Origin: Planctomycetota bacterium
GTDB taxonomy: Bacteria; Planctomycetota; UBA1135; JACQFD01
Direction of reading: 5' to 3'
Length of the DNA stretch: 64,000 bases
Assembly (NCBI GenBank): GCA_016792805.1
Contig: JAEUHX010000037.1
Location: 4,327-68,326 of the forward strand
The notes under the pieces were generated by a model that saw only the letters and a program-made list of their open reading frames with translations, was not told where the DNA came from and did no database searches. Every line of letters begins with the position of its first letter. The first letter of the stretch is position 1. Both the position numbers and the translations under genes were made by a program. Below are positions 1 to 8,122 of this stretch, one piece after another.

Positions 1-168
1 GAGCGTCGCCTGGGGAAGCGGCGTCCCGTGGCGCTCGAGCGCATCCACCCCGGCTTCCGCGCGCTCGAACTCAAACGAAACGCCCGTCGCCTCCAGCACT
101 TTTCGGGTGACCTCCATCAATTCGGGGCCAGTGCCGTCGCCGTCGATGAGTGTGACCTTGTGCGCCAT
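1..168 (-). CDS. Isocitrate/isopropylmalate dehydrogenase family protein, N-terminal part (runs off window edge)
   Basis: Not in the ORF track. Manual minus-strand translation from ATG at 168 gives MAHKVTLIDGDGTGPELMEVTRKVLEATGVSFEFERAEAGVDALERHGTPLP, the typical GDG(I/T)GPE N-terminus of NAD-dependent IDH/IPMDH. Confidence 0.85.
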   Translation of the reverse strand, partial: MAHKVTLIDGDGTGPELMEVTRKVLEATGVSFEFERAEAGVDALERHGTPLPQATL

Positions 169-255
169 GGGGAGATGCTAGCGGAGCGTGGGGTGGGAAG
201 TGTGGGAGGTAGGAGGGCAGGAGTGTAGCGCCCGCCGCGCTATTCTCTGCGGGCT

Positions 256-696
256 ATGCGCAACACCATCCTCGCTCTCTCGTTCCTGGCTCTCTCCGCA
301 GCGTGCTCGAGCTCCAAGCCGGCCATGGTCCTCGGTGAACCGAAGGCTGCCACTCCGCGCGAGACACTTGTAAACCTCATGGCCGGTACCGGCAGCCCGC
401 GCGAAGTGCGCGTCGAGGGCACCATCACCGATGTCTGCCGCAGCAAGGGGTGCTGGCTCATGCTGAGCGACGGGAAGGAGTCGATGCGCGTCAGCGTGAA
501 GAAGTGTGGCGAAGTCGCCGTCCCCGTGTCGTCGATCGGCAAGCGCGTTGCGGCCTATGGCACCGTGGAGCGCAAGACGATCAGCGAGGCGACGGCGAAG
601 CACTACGCCGAGGAGTCGGGGGGCGACCCGGGCAAGATCGTCGGCGATCAGGTGGTGATCGCGATGACGGCCCAGGGCATCGAGATCTTCGAATAA
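256..696 (+). CDS. DUF4920-like lipoprotein (OB-fold-type)
   Basis: Lipobox-like LSAAC after a hydrophobic N-terminus; VRVEGTITDVCRSKGCWL and AKHYAEE motifs typical of DUF4920. Confidence 0.75.
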   Translation: MRNTILALSFLALSAACSSSKPAMVLGEPKAATPRETLVNLMAGTGSPREVRVEGTITDVCRSKGCWLMLSDGKESMRVSVKKCGEVAVPVSSIGKRVAAYGTVERKTISEATAKHYAEESGGDPGKIVGDQVVIAMTAQGIEIFE

Positions 697-719
697 TCGG
701 CTCGGAATCCCTGACCCAT

Positions 720-756
720 AGCGCGCGGCGCCGCAGGTGTCGCGCGCTCTTTTATT
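720..756 (+). terminator. Rho-independent terminator
   Basis: Hairpin AGCGCGCGGCGCC-GCA-GGTGTCGCGCGCT followed by CTTTTATT, just after the 256..696 stop. Confidence 0.65.
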
Positions 757-807
757 GATCTGTTGCTCTCACATTTCGAGCTGTAAGCTCTCCAGCGCCT
801 GCCCAAC

Positions 808-1131
808 ATGAACTCGCCGATCGATCTCTTCGCAACTGCGCCCTACCAGCCGGGGAAAATGGGGAAGTCGACGGCGTTCCAAAGCGAGCGCGTGCTCGTC
901 GGGCTCAATGCGTTTGAGCCGGGCCAAGAGCACGCGTCCCACGCCCACGCCGGCGCAGACAAGGTCTACGTCGTCTTGGAGGGAAATGGGCTCTTCACGC
1001 TCGGCGACGCCGAGCATCGGCTGCGCGCGGGCCAGTGCCTCGCTGCGCCTGCGGGTGTCCCCCACGGGGTGCGCAACGACGGCGGCGAGCGGCTGCTCGT
1101 CCTCGCCGTCATCGCTCCCGCTCCGAAGTAG
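808..1131 (+). CDS. Cupin domain protein
   Basis: Cupin motifs HASHAH...KVYVVLEG and PAGVPHGVRN. Confidence 0.85.
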   Translation: MNSPIDLFATAPYQPGKMGKSTAFQSERVLVGLNAFEPGQEHASHAHAGADKVYVVLEGNGLFTLGDAEHRLRAGQCLAAPAGVPHGVRNDGGERLLVLAVIAPAPK

Positions 1132-1178
1132 CCGGGCGTGGATGGGCCGCCGACGGACGATCACACAAATCGAAAAAG

Positions 1179-2273
1179 TTACTTCGCCGCGCTGGCCTGC
1201 TCTTTCTCCCACCAGGTCCGCCAGAGCTTGATCTGCTTGGCTCGATCGTCGGATTTCCCGCTCGGCTCAAATTTGAGGTCGTTCTTGCGGGAAATCTTCC
1301 GGAGCTGATTGAACACCATCTCGCGCACAAAAAGCTGCTCATCGGCGAGCGCATCGATGAGATGGGGAATCGCCGCGCGCGCATCGAGATCGCCCAGAAT
1401 CTCGGCTGTATGGTGGCGCACGAAATCATCCGCATCTTTCAGCAAAGGCAATAGATAGGGAATCACCTTGTCATTTCCCCCGCGGGCGACCTCGCCGACG
1501 GCCTCCCAACGCTCGGCGGGATCCGATGATTTCAGTCGTCCGGCGTGCTTCTGCAGATCGGCAGGGAGCGGCGGAAGCGAGCTCGGATCGGCTGGCGCCG
1601 CCTCGACGGGAGTCGGCACCGGCGCCGCCGCCACCGGCCGCGCCGCGAGATCGGCCAGAGCCGAGCGCACTTGATTCAGCTCTTTTTGTAGCGACCCAAC
1701 CTGCTCCTGCGACGCCGCCAGCTGAATCTGCAGCTGGTGCACAGAGTCTTTGAGCTTCTCGTTCTCCTTGACGTACGACGTCACGCGCTCAAACCGCGCT
1801 GCCAGTTCGGCTTGATCGTGCTCGCGCCGCCCCGAATGATCCTCCTTCGCGGTGCGCAGCTCCGAGGTGAGCGAATCGATTCCGCGCTGCGCCGAGATCG
1901 CATCGGCCTGCACTGTCTGAATCCGGTCCTCAGCAAGGCTTAGGTCCTTGCGCGCGTCCCGCCGAAGCGCCTCGAGATCATTCCGCAGTTCCTTCTCCTT
2001 TTGTGAAAGCAGCGCCAGCGAAACCCCGGCGCTTGCGATGACCGCCAAGGCAATGCCACCCAGTAGGCGTCCCGAGGAGCCCGCGCCGCTGCCGCTCGAA
2101 GCCGAGGCCGCTGCCGTCTGTGCGGCCGTCGCCATGGAGGCAGCGCGCGTGCCCGAGGCCGCCGATGAGCAGGCCGCGCAAAGCAGCTTGCCCTTCACAG
2201 CCACGGCCTGGCCTTCATCGAGGTCCTTCAGCGGAATGCTTTGGTTACAAATATCGCAGAAGTAGATCTTCAC
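1179..2273 (-). CDS. Membrane protein: N-terminal Cys4 zinc finger, TM, coiled coil, C-terminal HEAT repeats
   Basis: CDIC...CAAC at the N-terminus, hydrophobic LLGGIALAVIASAGVSLALL, a heptad-rich stretch, PBS-HEAT repeats (LLKDADDFVRHHTAEILGDL) and a WRTWW end. Start placed at GTG 2273. Confidence 0.75.
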   Translation of the reverse strand: MKIYFCDICNQSIPLKDLDEGQAVAVKGKLLCAACSSAASGTRAASMATAAQTAAASASSGSGAGSSGRLLGGIALAVIASAGVSLALLSQKEKELRNDLEALRRDARKDLSLAEDRIQTVQADAISAQRGIDSLTSELRTAKEDHSGRREHDQAELAARFERVTSYVKENEKLKDSVHQLQIQLAASQEQVGSLQKELNQVRSALADLAARPVAAAPVPTPVEAAPADPSSLPPLPADLQKHAGRLKSSDPAERWEAVGEVARGGNDKVIPYLLPLLKDADDFVRHHTAEILGDLDARAAIPHLIDALADEQLFVREMVFNQLRKISRKNDLKFEPSGKSDDRAKQIKLWRTWWEKEQASAAK

Positions 2274-2524
2274 TGGGATCTCCGGATCGCGGAGTGGAGT
2301 CGGCAGATTGCGGAGCATGCGCACAACGCCGTAGCTGGGTCAACGTTCCCGGTCGCGCCGGAATCTAGCCCGCCGAAATGGATTCAGACCGAAGAGGAGG
2401 AGAACGCAGAACGGCCAGAGGTCCGACAAGGACAGCACCCTCGCCGGGATTAGCCCCCCCGGTTGCCTCGCCAAGTTGCAGATTGACACCGCCGTGAGCC
2501 GAGGGAGGGTATCCAGGCACCCGC

Positions 2525-2938
2525 ATGAAGCTCGACACCAACACCCTCCGAGCTCTCGATCACGTCGGCGATGAGTTCATGGCCGTCACCCTTCGACGGG
2601 AGACGGATCTCCGCGACAACCTCGCCGCTCTCTTCGAGCTGGGGGCCGTGTTGACGCGGCTTCGGCGCTTCGAAGAAGGTCTCGAGATCGACCGTCGCCT
2701 CGTGATGCTGGAGCCGCTTGAGCCGATCCTGCGCTACAACCTCGCCTGCTCGCTGGCGCTGCTGGCGAAGAATGACGAGGCCCTCGATGAGTTGGAGCGC
2801 GCGGTCGAGCTCGGATACAACGACGCGGACCATATGGTGCGCGACCGCGACCTCCGGTCGGTTCGAACCCATACACGCTTCGAGAAGCTCGTGCAGCGGG
2901 TTCGCGAGCTGCAGAATGGCAGCTCGGCGACTGCCTAG
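2525..2938 (+). CDS. TPR-containing protein
   Basis: YNLACSLALL...ALDELERAVELGY...DRDLRSVR, a TPR end-of-group-type pattern. Confidence 0.8.
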   Translation: MKLDTNTLRALDHVGDEFMAVTLRRETDLRDNLAALFELGAVLTRLRRFEEGLEIDRRLVMLEPLEPILRYNLACSLALLAKNDEALDELERAVELGYNDADHMVRDRDLRSVRTHTRFEKLVQRVRELQNGSSATA

Positions 2939-3002
2939 CTCAAGCTGACGCAGAACGACTTCGTTCTGGCGGGCCGAAGTCGCCCGCGCCCGGGCATGGG
3001 TG

Positions 3003-3059
3003 ACCCGATCGCCGGAAATCCGATCGCCGGAAACCCGAACGCCGGTAACCCTAACGCCG
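3003..3059. repeat. Degenerate 15-bp tandem repeat, about 4 copies
   Basis: ACCCGATCGCCGGAA / ATCCGATCGCCGGAA / ACCCGAACGCCGGTA / ACCCTAACGCCG; the last copy overlaps the stop codon of the 3051..3749 gene. Confidence 0.75.
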
Positions 3060-3749
3060 CGGCGCTGCGATCGCGTCCAATCGCAGTAGCTCGACGCCGT
3101 CCTTGTCGACCACGACGAGTCCGCCCCGCTCGAGCCGCGCCCGGGGCAAACGATACACATGGGCCGGCCTCACCCTCACCTCGGTCGTATGTCCGGGGAG
3201 GGTTTCCAGGCGAAGGCGATAGCGCGCTTCCTCCTGGATCGGCTCAACCGGCTCCAGCGCAACGGTGAAGTCGAGACGCGGCCTCTCGCCGAGCCCCAGC
3301 ACGAAGATCGCTTCGTCGAGAACGTCGAACCCGGGCAGCGGAGCCTCCCCTTCCAGCGCACTTCGGTACGAATGGTCGAACTCGTGGATCTGCTTGAAAA
3401 GTGATCTCCACTCTTCTGGATCCATCACGATCTTGCCCCAGAGGTCTTTCCCGAACGCAAGAGGTGCCAGATTCGTGAGATCGATCGGCACGAGCCGCGG
3501 CGAGCCGGGGCGATGCTCCGGCGCTTTCGGACGGGCACGCTCCTCGCGCACCGGTTCGACGCCATCGGCGCCCGCAAGCGGTCCGTCGCCAGGCGATCGG
3601 CTTCCCCCGATCGATCCCATCTGCGAATGAGCGGATTCCCTCGGTTCCTCGCCACGGAAGTCGAGCATCCAGACCGCCGCGATGCCGGCGAGCGCGGCAG
3701 CGCCGAGTCCAATCCCAAGAAGAGTGCGCGCGCTGGTCGAGCCGGCCAC
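3051..3749 (-). CDS. Membrane-anchored protein with possible PrcB C-terminal-like domain
   Basis: N-terminal TM (LLGIGLGAAALAGIAAVWML); FDVLDEAIFVLGLGERP...RPAHVYRLPR resembles the PrcB_C pattern. Start (GTG 3749) is uncertain. Confidence 0.5.
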   Translation of the reverse strand: MAGSTSARTLLGIGLGAAALAGIAAVWMLDFRGEEPRESAHSQMGSIGGSRSPGDGPLAGADGVEPVREERARPKAPEHRPGSPRLVPIDLTNLAPLAFGKDLWGKIVMDPEEWRSLFKQIHEFDHSYRSALEGEAPLPGFDVLDEAIFVLGLGERPRLDFTVALEPVEPIQEEARYRLRLETLPGHTTEVRVRPAHVYRLPRARLERGGLVVVDKDGVELLRLDAIAAPRR

Positions 3750-3757
3750 AGAAGCCG

Positions 3758-3994
3758 CTAGAGCGCGCCGTAGAGCGCCGCTGCGAGCGCCGCCATTCCG
3801 ATCAACCCGAGGAGCGCGAGAATCACTTCGAAGACGCCCACAAGCGCCGAATCTTCGGCGGCGGCTGACGCCGACGCGGGGCGCGCCAGCACCAGCTGTA
3901 CATGGGTCATCGAAGCGCCGCACTGCGGGCAATAGGCGCGCGACTCCTCTACGAGGGCGTCGCAGCGAAGGCAGGGGCGAACGGCTTGGTCCAC
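3758..3994 (-). CDS. Small zinc-ribbon membrane protein
   Basis: CLRC...CPQCG zinc ribbon followed by a C-terminal TM helix. Confidence 0.6.
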   Translation of the reverse strand: MDQAVRPCLRCDALVEESRAYCPQCGASMTHVQLVLARPASASAAAEDSALVGVFEVILALLGLIGMAALAAALYGAL

Positions 3995-4045
3995 GGATCG
4001 AGAACGCGCCTCAAGTCTCGGGGTTCCGGCGCGCCCGCGCCGCCG

Positions 4046-4642
4046 CTACTCACTGCGCATGGCAAGTGTATCTTTCGAATGCTGCGACCACCAGCTCCGC
4101 CACTTGGCGACGGCGGCGGCGCGCTCCTCTGTCGGGGCCTGCGGCTGGAAACCGAAGTCGACTCCGGTGTTCTTGCGGAGTGCATCGTGGCAAAGCGTGC
4201 GGCGATAGACCGACTCGTCCTGGAGGCCATCGACGAGGACGCCGAGCACCGACCACTCCCCGAGGCGCATGCAGGAGCGGGCCGCTTCGTAGCGCACGCT
4301 CGGCTCGGGATCGCGCGTCGCCTCACGCAGGGTCTCGATGACGCGGCGGTCTCCCATCGCGCCGAGGACGTTGAGCGCAAAGGCGCGCCGCACCGGGTCC
4401 TCGTCCGCGACGGCATCCTTGAGCCGCGGGATCGCAGCGGGACCGAGCCGAACGAGCGATGCGCACGCATCCACGACTTGGCGTCCTTTGAGGTAGGGCA
4501 CGTCGTGGAGGTGCTGGTCGATCTGCGCCTCCACGAAGGGCGACGGCGTCGGGTAGGTCGCGTCGTCGGCCAAGCTCGAGCGAGACGCGGAGCAGGCGGC
4601 GGCGAGCAGCAGGATAAGTGCACTTGCGAGCGTGGTACGCAT
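4046..4642 (-). CDS. HEAT-repeat lipoprotein
   Basis: MRTTLASALILLLAAAC lipobox; HEAT repeats (DPEPSVRYEAARSC); C-terminal TGVDFGF...WRSWW. Start at ATG 4642. Confidence 0.8.
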   Translation of the reverse strand: MRTTLASALILLLAAACSASRSSLADDATYPTPSPFVEAQIDQHLHDVPYLKGRQVVDACASLVRLGPAAIPRLKDAVADEDPVRRAFALNVLGAMGDRRVIETLREATRDPEPSVRYEAARSCMRLGEWSVLGVLVDGLQDESVYRRTLCHDALRKNTGVDFGFQPQAPTEERAAAVAKWRSWWSQHSKDTLAMRSE

Positions 4643-4893
4643 GGTAGGGCGCGAAGGAGTGCGCCTGCGATCGGCAGTTCGCCCGCCCGAGCTGGAATCT
4701 TTTTCCGGCGCGACCGCCGACGCGAGCGGGGCATCGCCAAACTTATAAATATGCGCTTCGGCGCCTTCGCCGCGTTCCAGTTGCATGCCGGATCGCAGAG
4801 TGGCGCTTGTCGCCGCAGCCCTTCCCATCTATCGTGGTCCTCGCGTGAAGCACGCCCCCGCGTGCGGCGCGCAGAATTGCGGCCCGCGACAGG

Positions 4894-5053
4894 AGGACGT
4901 TTCAAAAGTGCTCTGCTATGCGAGCGCGAGGAATCGTCGCCCAGCGCAAAGCACCTCGCCGAAGACGTGGCCAAGGAGTTACGTCGACGGCGAGGCGACG
5001 CAGCGGTAGGCAACGATGCCCGAGCGCAGCTCGGATCACTTATGAAACGCCCT
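4894..5053 (+). mobile_element. ~160-bp MITE-like structured element, copy A
   Basis: Terminal inverted repeats AGGACGTTTCAAAAGTG / CACTTATGAAACGCCCT (15/17 match), nested internal stems, colinear with 22807..22966. Confidence 0.65.
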
Positions 5054-5201
5054 TACAGCCCTCGTCGGATCGCCCCTGCTCCAGACTTCAAAACCCCGCT
5101 TGGCTGCCCGTGACAATTGCCCTCCTAGCTGCGCATGGCCTAAGTCGCCCCCGCCCTGCGGATCGCAATCGTTACAATCAGTTCAATTGAGCCACCTGCC
5201 C

Positions 5202-5693
5202 ATGAATAAGGCTCAGCTTGTTGCTGCGGTCGCGGACCACCTCGGCGAAGAGTTCACTCGCCCCCAAGTGCGCAAAGCTGTCGATGCGGTCCTCTCCATG
5301 ATCTCCGAGGGGCTTCGCTCCACGGGACGAGTGCAGATATCGCGGTTCGGCACGTTCTCGACGCGCCGGCGGCGCATTCCGCGCTCCGCAGGCTTGAGCG
5401 GAGGAGTGCAGAGCGGCACGCCGTTGGGCGTCGAGGGAGCGCCCGCCGCGCTCGAACTCAACGGCTCCCCGGATCGAAGCGGCTTCATCGTGGGAGCCCG
5501 TTCCGGCAGCCAGGAGTCGACTCCCGGCTCAGGCGGCCTCGACGATGCAACAGTTCCAGTGGTAACGTTTCGGGCGAGTCCGGAGCTGCGTGCGAAAGTA
5601 GCACCCGGCGCAAAGTCCAAGCGCAAGCGTCCGGCGCGCGGCTACTCCGTGCTCTCGATCCACGCGGAGCCCGCGACCATCTCTCCGTCGTAG
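5202..5693 (+). CDS. HU/IHF-family DNA-binding protein with long arm insertion
   Basis: MNKAQLVAAVA...VQISRFGTFS...VVTFRASPELRAKV HU signature. Start at ATG 5202. The 3' end overlaps mnmA. Confidence 0.8.
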   Translation: MNKAQLVAAVADHLGEEFTRPQVRKAVDAVLSMISEGLRSTGRVQISRFGTFSTRRRRIPRSAGLSGGVQSGTPLGVEGAPAALELNGSPDRSGFIVGARSGSQESTPGSGGLDDATVPVVTFRASPELRAKVAPGAKSKRKRPARGYSVLSIHAEPATISPS

Positions 5694-6751
5694 CCGTCAT
5701 ACAAAACGGCGAGCTGCCCCGCAGCGACTCCCGGCTCCGGCGCAAGCAGCTCAATACGAAGCCCCTCCTCAGTCGGGGCCGCGATGCACCGAACGGGCGT
5801 GTGGTGCGCCCGGATCTGTACCCAATATTCGCGGGCCTCGCCGAGGGACGGAGCTTCGTGCTCCTGCCCGAGCCAGCTCAAAGCGCCGCAGCGAAGAACG
5901 TGCGTTGCGAGCGCAGCGCGCGGCCCGACCGTGACCGTCGCAGTGGCTGCGTCGATCGAGATCACATAAAGCGGTTCCGGTGCGGGGATCCCGATCCCCT
6001 TGCGCTGGCCGACCGTGAACTTCTCGTATCCGTCGTGCTTCCCAAGGAGACGTCCGTCGGCGTGGCGGATCGGTCCCGGCGTGCCGACGACGCCGCGCTC
6101 CGCCAGCAAATCGCGGTAATTGTTACTCGGGACGAAGCAGATCTCCTGGCTCTCCCGCTTGCTCGCGGTCGGAAGTCCGGCGCGGCGCGCAATTTCCCGG
6201 GTCTGGTCTTTTGTGAGATCTCCCAGCGGGAACATCGCCCGCGAGAGGGCGTGCCGATCGACGGCGGCGAGCACATAGGACTGGTCCTTCGCGCGATCGG
6301 CCGACCTCGCGAGCATCGGCCCGCCGGAACGGCTTCGTGCGTAGTGGCCCGTCGCCACGGCGTCGGCTCCGATGGAATCCGCAAATCGAAGCAGCGCGCC
6401 GAACTTCAAATCGCGGTTGCATTCGACGCAGGGATTGGGCGTTCGCCCCTTTCGGTATGAATCCACAAATCCGCCGATGATCGTCTCGAATTCGCCGGAG
6501 AAGTCGACGGCGTGAAATGGAATTCCGAGCACTGCCGCCACCGCGCGCGCGTCGCGGGCGTCATCGACCGAGCAGCACCCCTGCTTGTGGGCCGGAGCCA
6601 AAAGCGGCAACGGGCCGCAGTCGACCGCTTCGCGATGCACGATGCCGTTGCGCAGGAAGAGCCCAACCAACTCCGCGCCGGTCTCGCGCAGGCGGAGTGC
6701 CGCCACGGAGGAGTCGACTCCGCCGGACATCGCCACCACCACTCGCGTCAT
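5642..6751 (-). CDS. mnmA: tRNA 2-thiouridine(34) synthase MnmA
   Basis: VAMSGGVDSS PP-loop, TPNPCVECN, ATGHYAR, KDQSY, ESQEICF, FTVGQRKG and AAGQLAVLY. Start at ATG 6751. Confidence 0.95.
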   Translation of the reverse strand: MTRVVVAMSGGVDSSVAALRLRETGAELVGLFLRNGIVHREAVDCGPLPLLAPAHKQGCCSVDDARDARAVAAVLGIPFHAVDFSGEFETIIGGFVDSYRKGRTPNPCVECNRDLKFGALLRFADSIGADAVATGHYARSRSGGPMLARSADRAKDQSYVLAAVDRHALSRAMFPLGDLTKDQTREIARRAGLPTASKRESQEICFVPSNNYRDLLAERGVVGTPGPIRHADGRLLGKHDGYEKFTVGQRKGIGIPAPEPLYVISIDAATATVTVGPRAALATHVLRCGALSWLGQEHEAPSLGEAREYWVQIRAHHTPVRCIAAPTEEGLRIELLAPEPGVAAGQLAVLYDGYDGEMVAGSAWIESTE

Positions 6752-6794
6752 CGGGGACCTCGGGACCTTGGGAAACCGGACTATACTCTTCGCC

Positions 6795-6961
6795 CTAGCT
6801 GCCCGCTGAAAGGCTCGTTCCTTCGCTTCTCGTCCCCTTTTCGCGATCTCGTTACCGGGCCGCGCCCGACGTAACTCCTTGCTGCGCCTTACGCGTCTCT
6901 CCACGATCTCGCGAGAAGTGAACTTCGAGTCGCTCGGAAGCTGATTCTCAACAACCGACTC
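6795..6961 (-). mobile_element. MITE-like structured element, copy C (more diverged, reverse orientation)
   Basis: The reverse complement contains CAAGGAGTTACGTCG, identical to the central loop of copy A, inside a long imperfect hairpin of similar length. One end lies at CTAG. Confidence 0.45.
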
Positions 6962-7032
6962 AACGCTGGCCCGCAGGCCGGCCCATCCCACCCCAATGCC
7001 GAAGGCGGCGCCGACGGCGCCCCCGGTTCCCC

Positions 7033-7500
7033 ATGACGACACCGCGGCTCTCGATTCTCGTCCCTTCGCCCACGACCCCGTTCGCCTGGCAGAACAAGCC
7101 GGAGGCGGAGGTCACGAAGCCGATGGGCGCCGGCGGCGCGCCGACGCCTACCAACGCGACGCAAGGGGCGCCCGATAGCCCCGCCGGTACTGCGCCCTCG
7201 GGGCCGCTCGGCCTCCTCTCGATGCTCTGGCCGATCCTGCTGATCTTCGGCCTGATGTGGCTCCTAGTGATTCGGCCCGAGCGCAAGCGCCAGAAGGAAC
7301 TCGAGAAGGTCCGATCGGAGCTGAAGAAGGGAGACCGCGTTCTCCTCAACGCCGGCATGGTCGGCGTGATCGCCCAGGTGACCGATGACTGGATCGTCGT
7401 TGAAATCGCCGACAAAGTGCGCGTCCAGTTCCAGAAAGGAGCGGTTGCGCAGGTACTCGAGGTAAAGGACAAGGAAAAGGCGGAGGCCACCGCCAAGTAG
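7033..7500 (+). CDS. yajC: Preprotein translocase subunit YajC
   Basis: TM followed by IRPERKRQKE...LKKGDRVLLNAGMVGVI...VEIADKVRV. Confidence 0.92.
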   Translation: MTTPRLSILVPSPTTPFAWQNKPEAEVTKPMGAGGAPTPTNATQGAPDSPAGTAPSGPLGLLSMLWPILLIFGLMWLLVIRPERKRQKELEKVRSELKKGDRVLLNAGMVGVIAQVTDDWIVVEIADKVRVQFQKGAVAQVLEVKDKEKAEATAK

Positions 7501-7510
7501 CGCCCGTACC

Positions 7511-7903
7511 GTGCTCCCGACGCCGCCGAGCCGCCCTGCCCTTGGCCCGATCGGCGAGGAGATCGCCGCGCGGGCCCTGGCCGACCGCGGCTACCGTATC
7601 CTCGAGCGCAACCTGCGCAGCCGCGTCGGTGAGATCGACCTGCTGGCGACCGAGGGCGAGACGCTCGTCGCGGTGGAGGTGAAGGCGCGCACAGTGAAGG
7701 ACGCCTCGCGAATGCCACACTTCGGGCGTCCTGCTGAGGCCGTAACTGCGACGCGGCTGTCGCGTCTGGAGCGCGCGGTCGAGGACTACTGCCACCGAGT
7801 CCATCGCCCGCCCGGCCCCTGCCGCATCGACGTCGTGGAGGTCCTACTCAGCCCCAAGGGGGAAGTCCTGAAGCTCGTCGTGCTCCGCAACGTGACCGGC
7901 TGA
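7511..7903 (+). CDS. yraN: YraN family (UPF0102) endonuclease-like protein
   Basis: GEEIAARAL...GYRILERNLR...GEIDL...VEVKAR...RIDVV. Confidence 0.9.
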   Translation: MLPTPPSRPALGPIGEEIAARALADRGYRILERNLRSRVGEIDLLATEGETLVAVEVKARTVKDASRMPHFGRPAEAVTATRLSRLERAVEDYCHRVHRPPGPCRIDVVEVLLSPKGEVLKLVVLRNVTG

Positions 7904-8122
7904 GCGGCGCTCACCTACCCTTTCCTGCGCTCTCCATGCCCGCTCCGCGCTACTCCGTCTGCGGTGAGCCGCCGCCCTCTCAAGGCGCTTTCCAGGTCCC
8001 GCCGATCCCACCGGCGGAAGAAGCCGCCAGCGCCGTCGCGTGGCTCGGCGGCGGAGGCCCTAGTCCCACGAAAGCGCTTCGAAGCCCCAAGGCGACGCCG
8101 TCGCCTGCGGCGTTCTAGTTCC

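Noticed and set aside
2483-2515. TTGACA as a sigma70 -35 box upstream of the TPR gene
   Set aside because: No acceptable -10 hexamer at 16-18 bp spacing.
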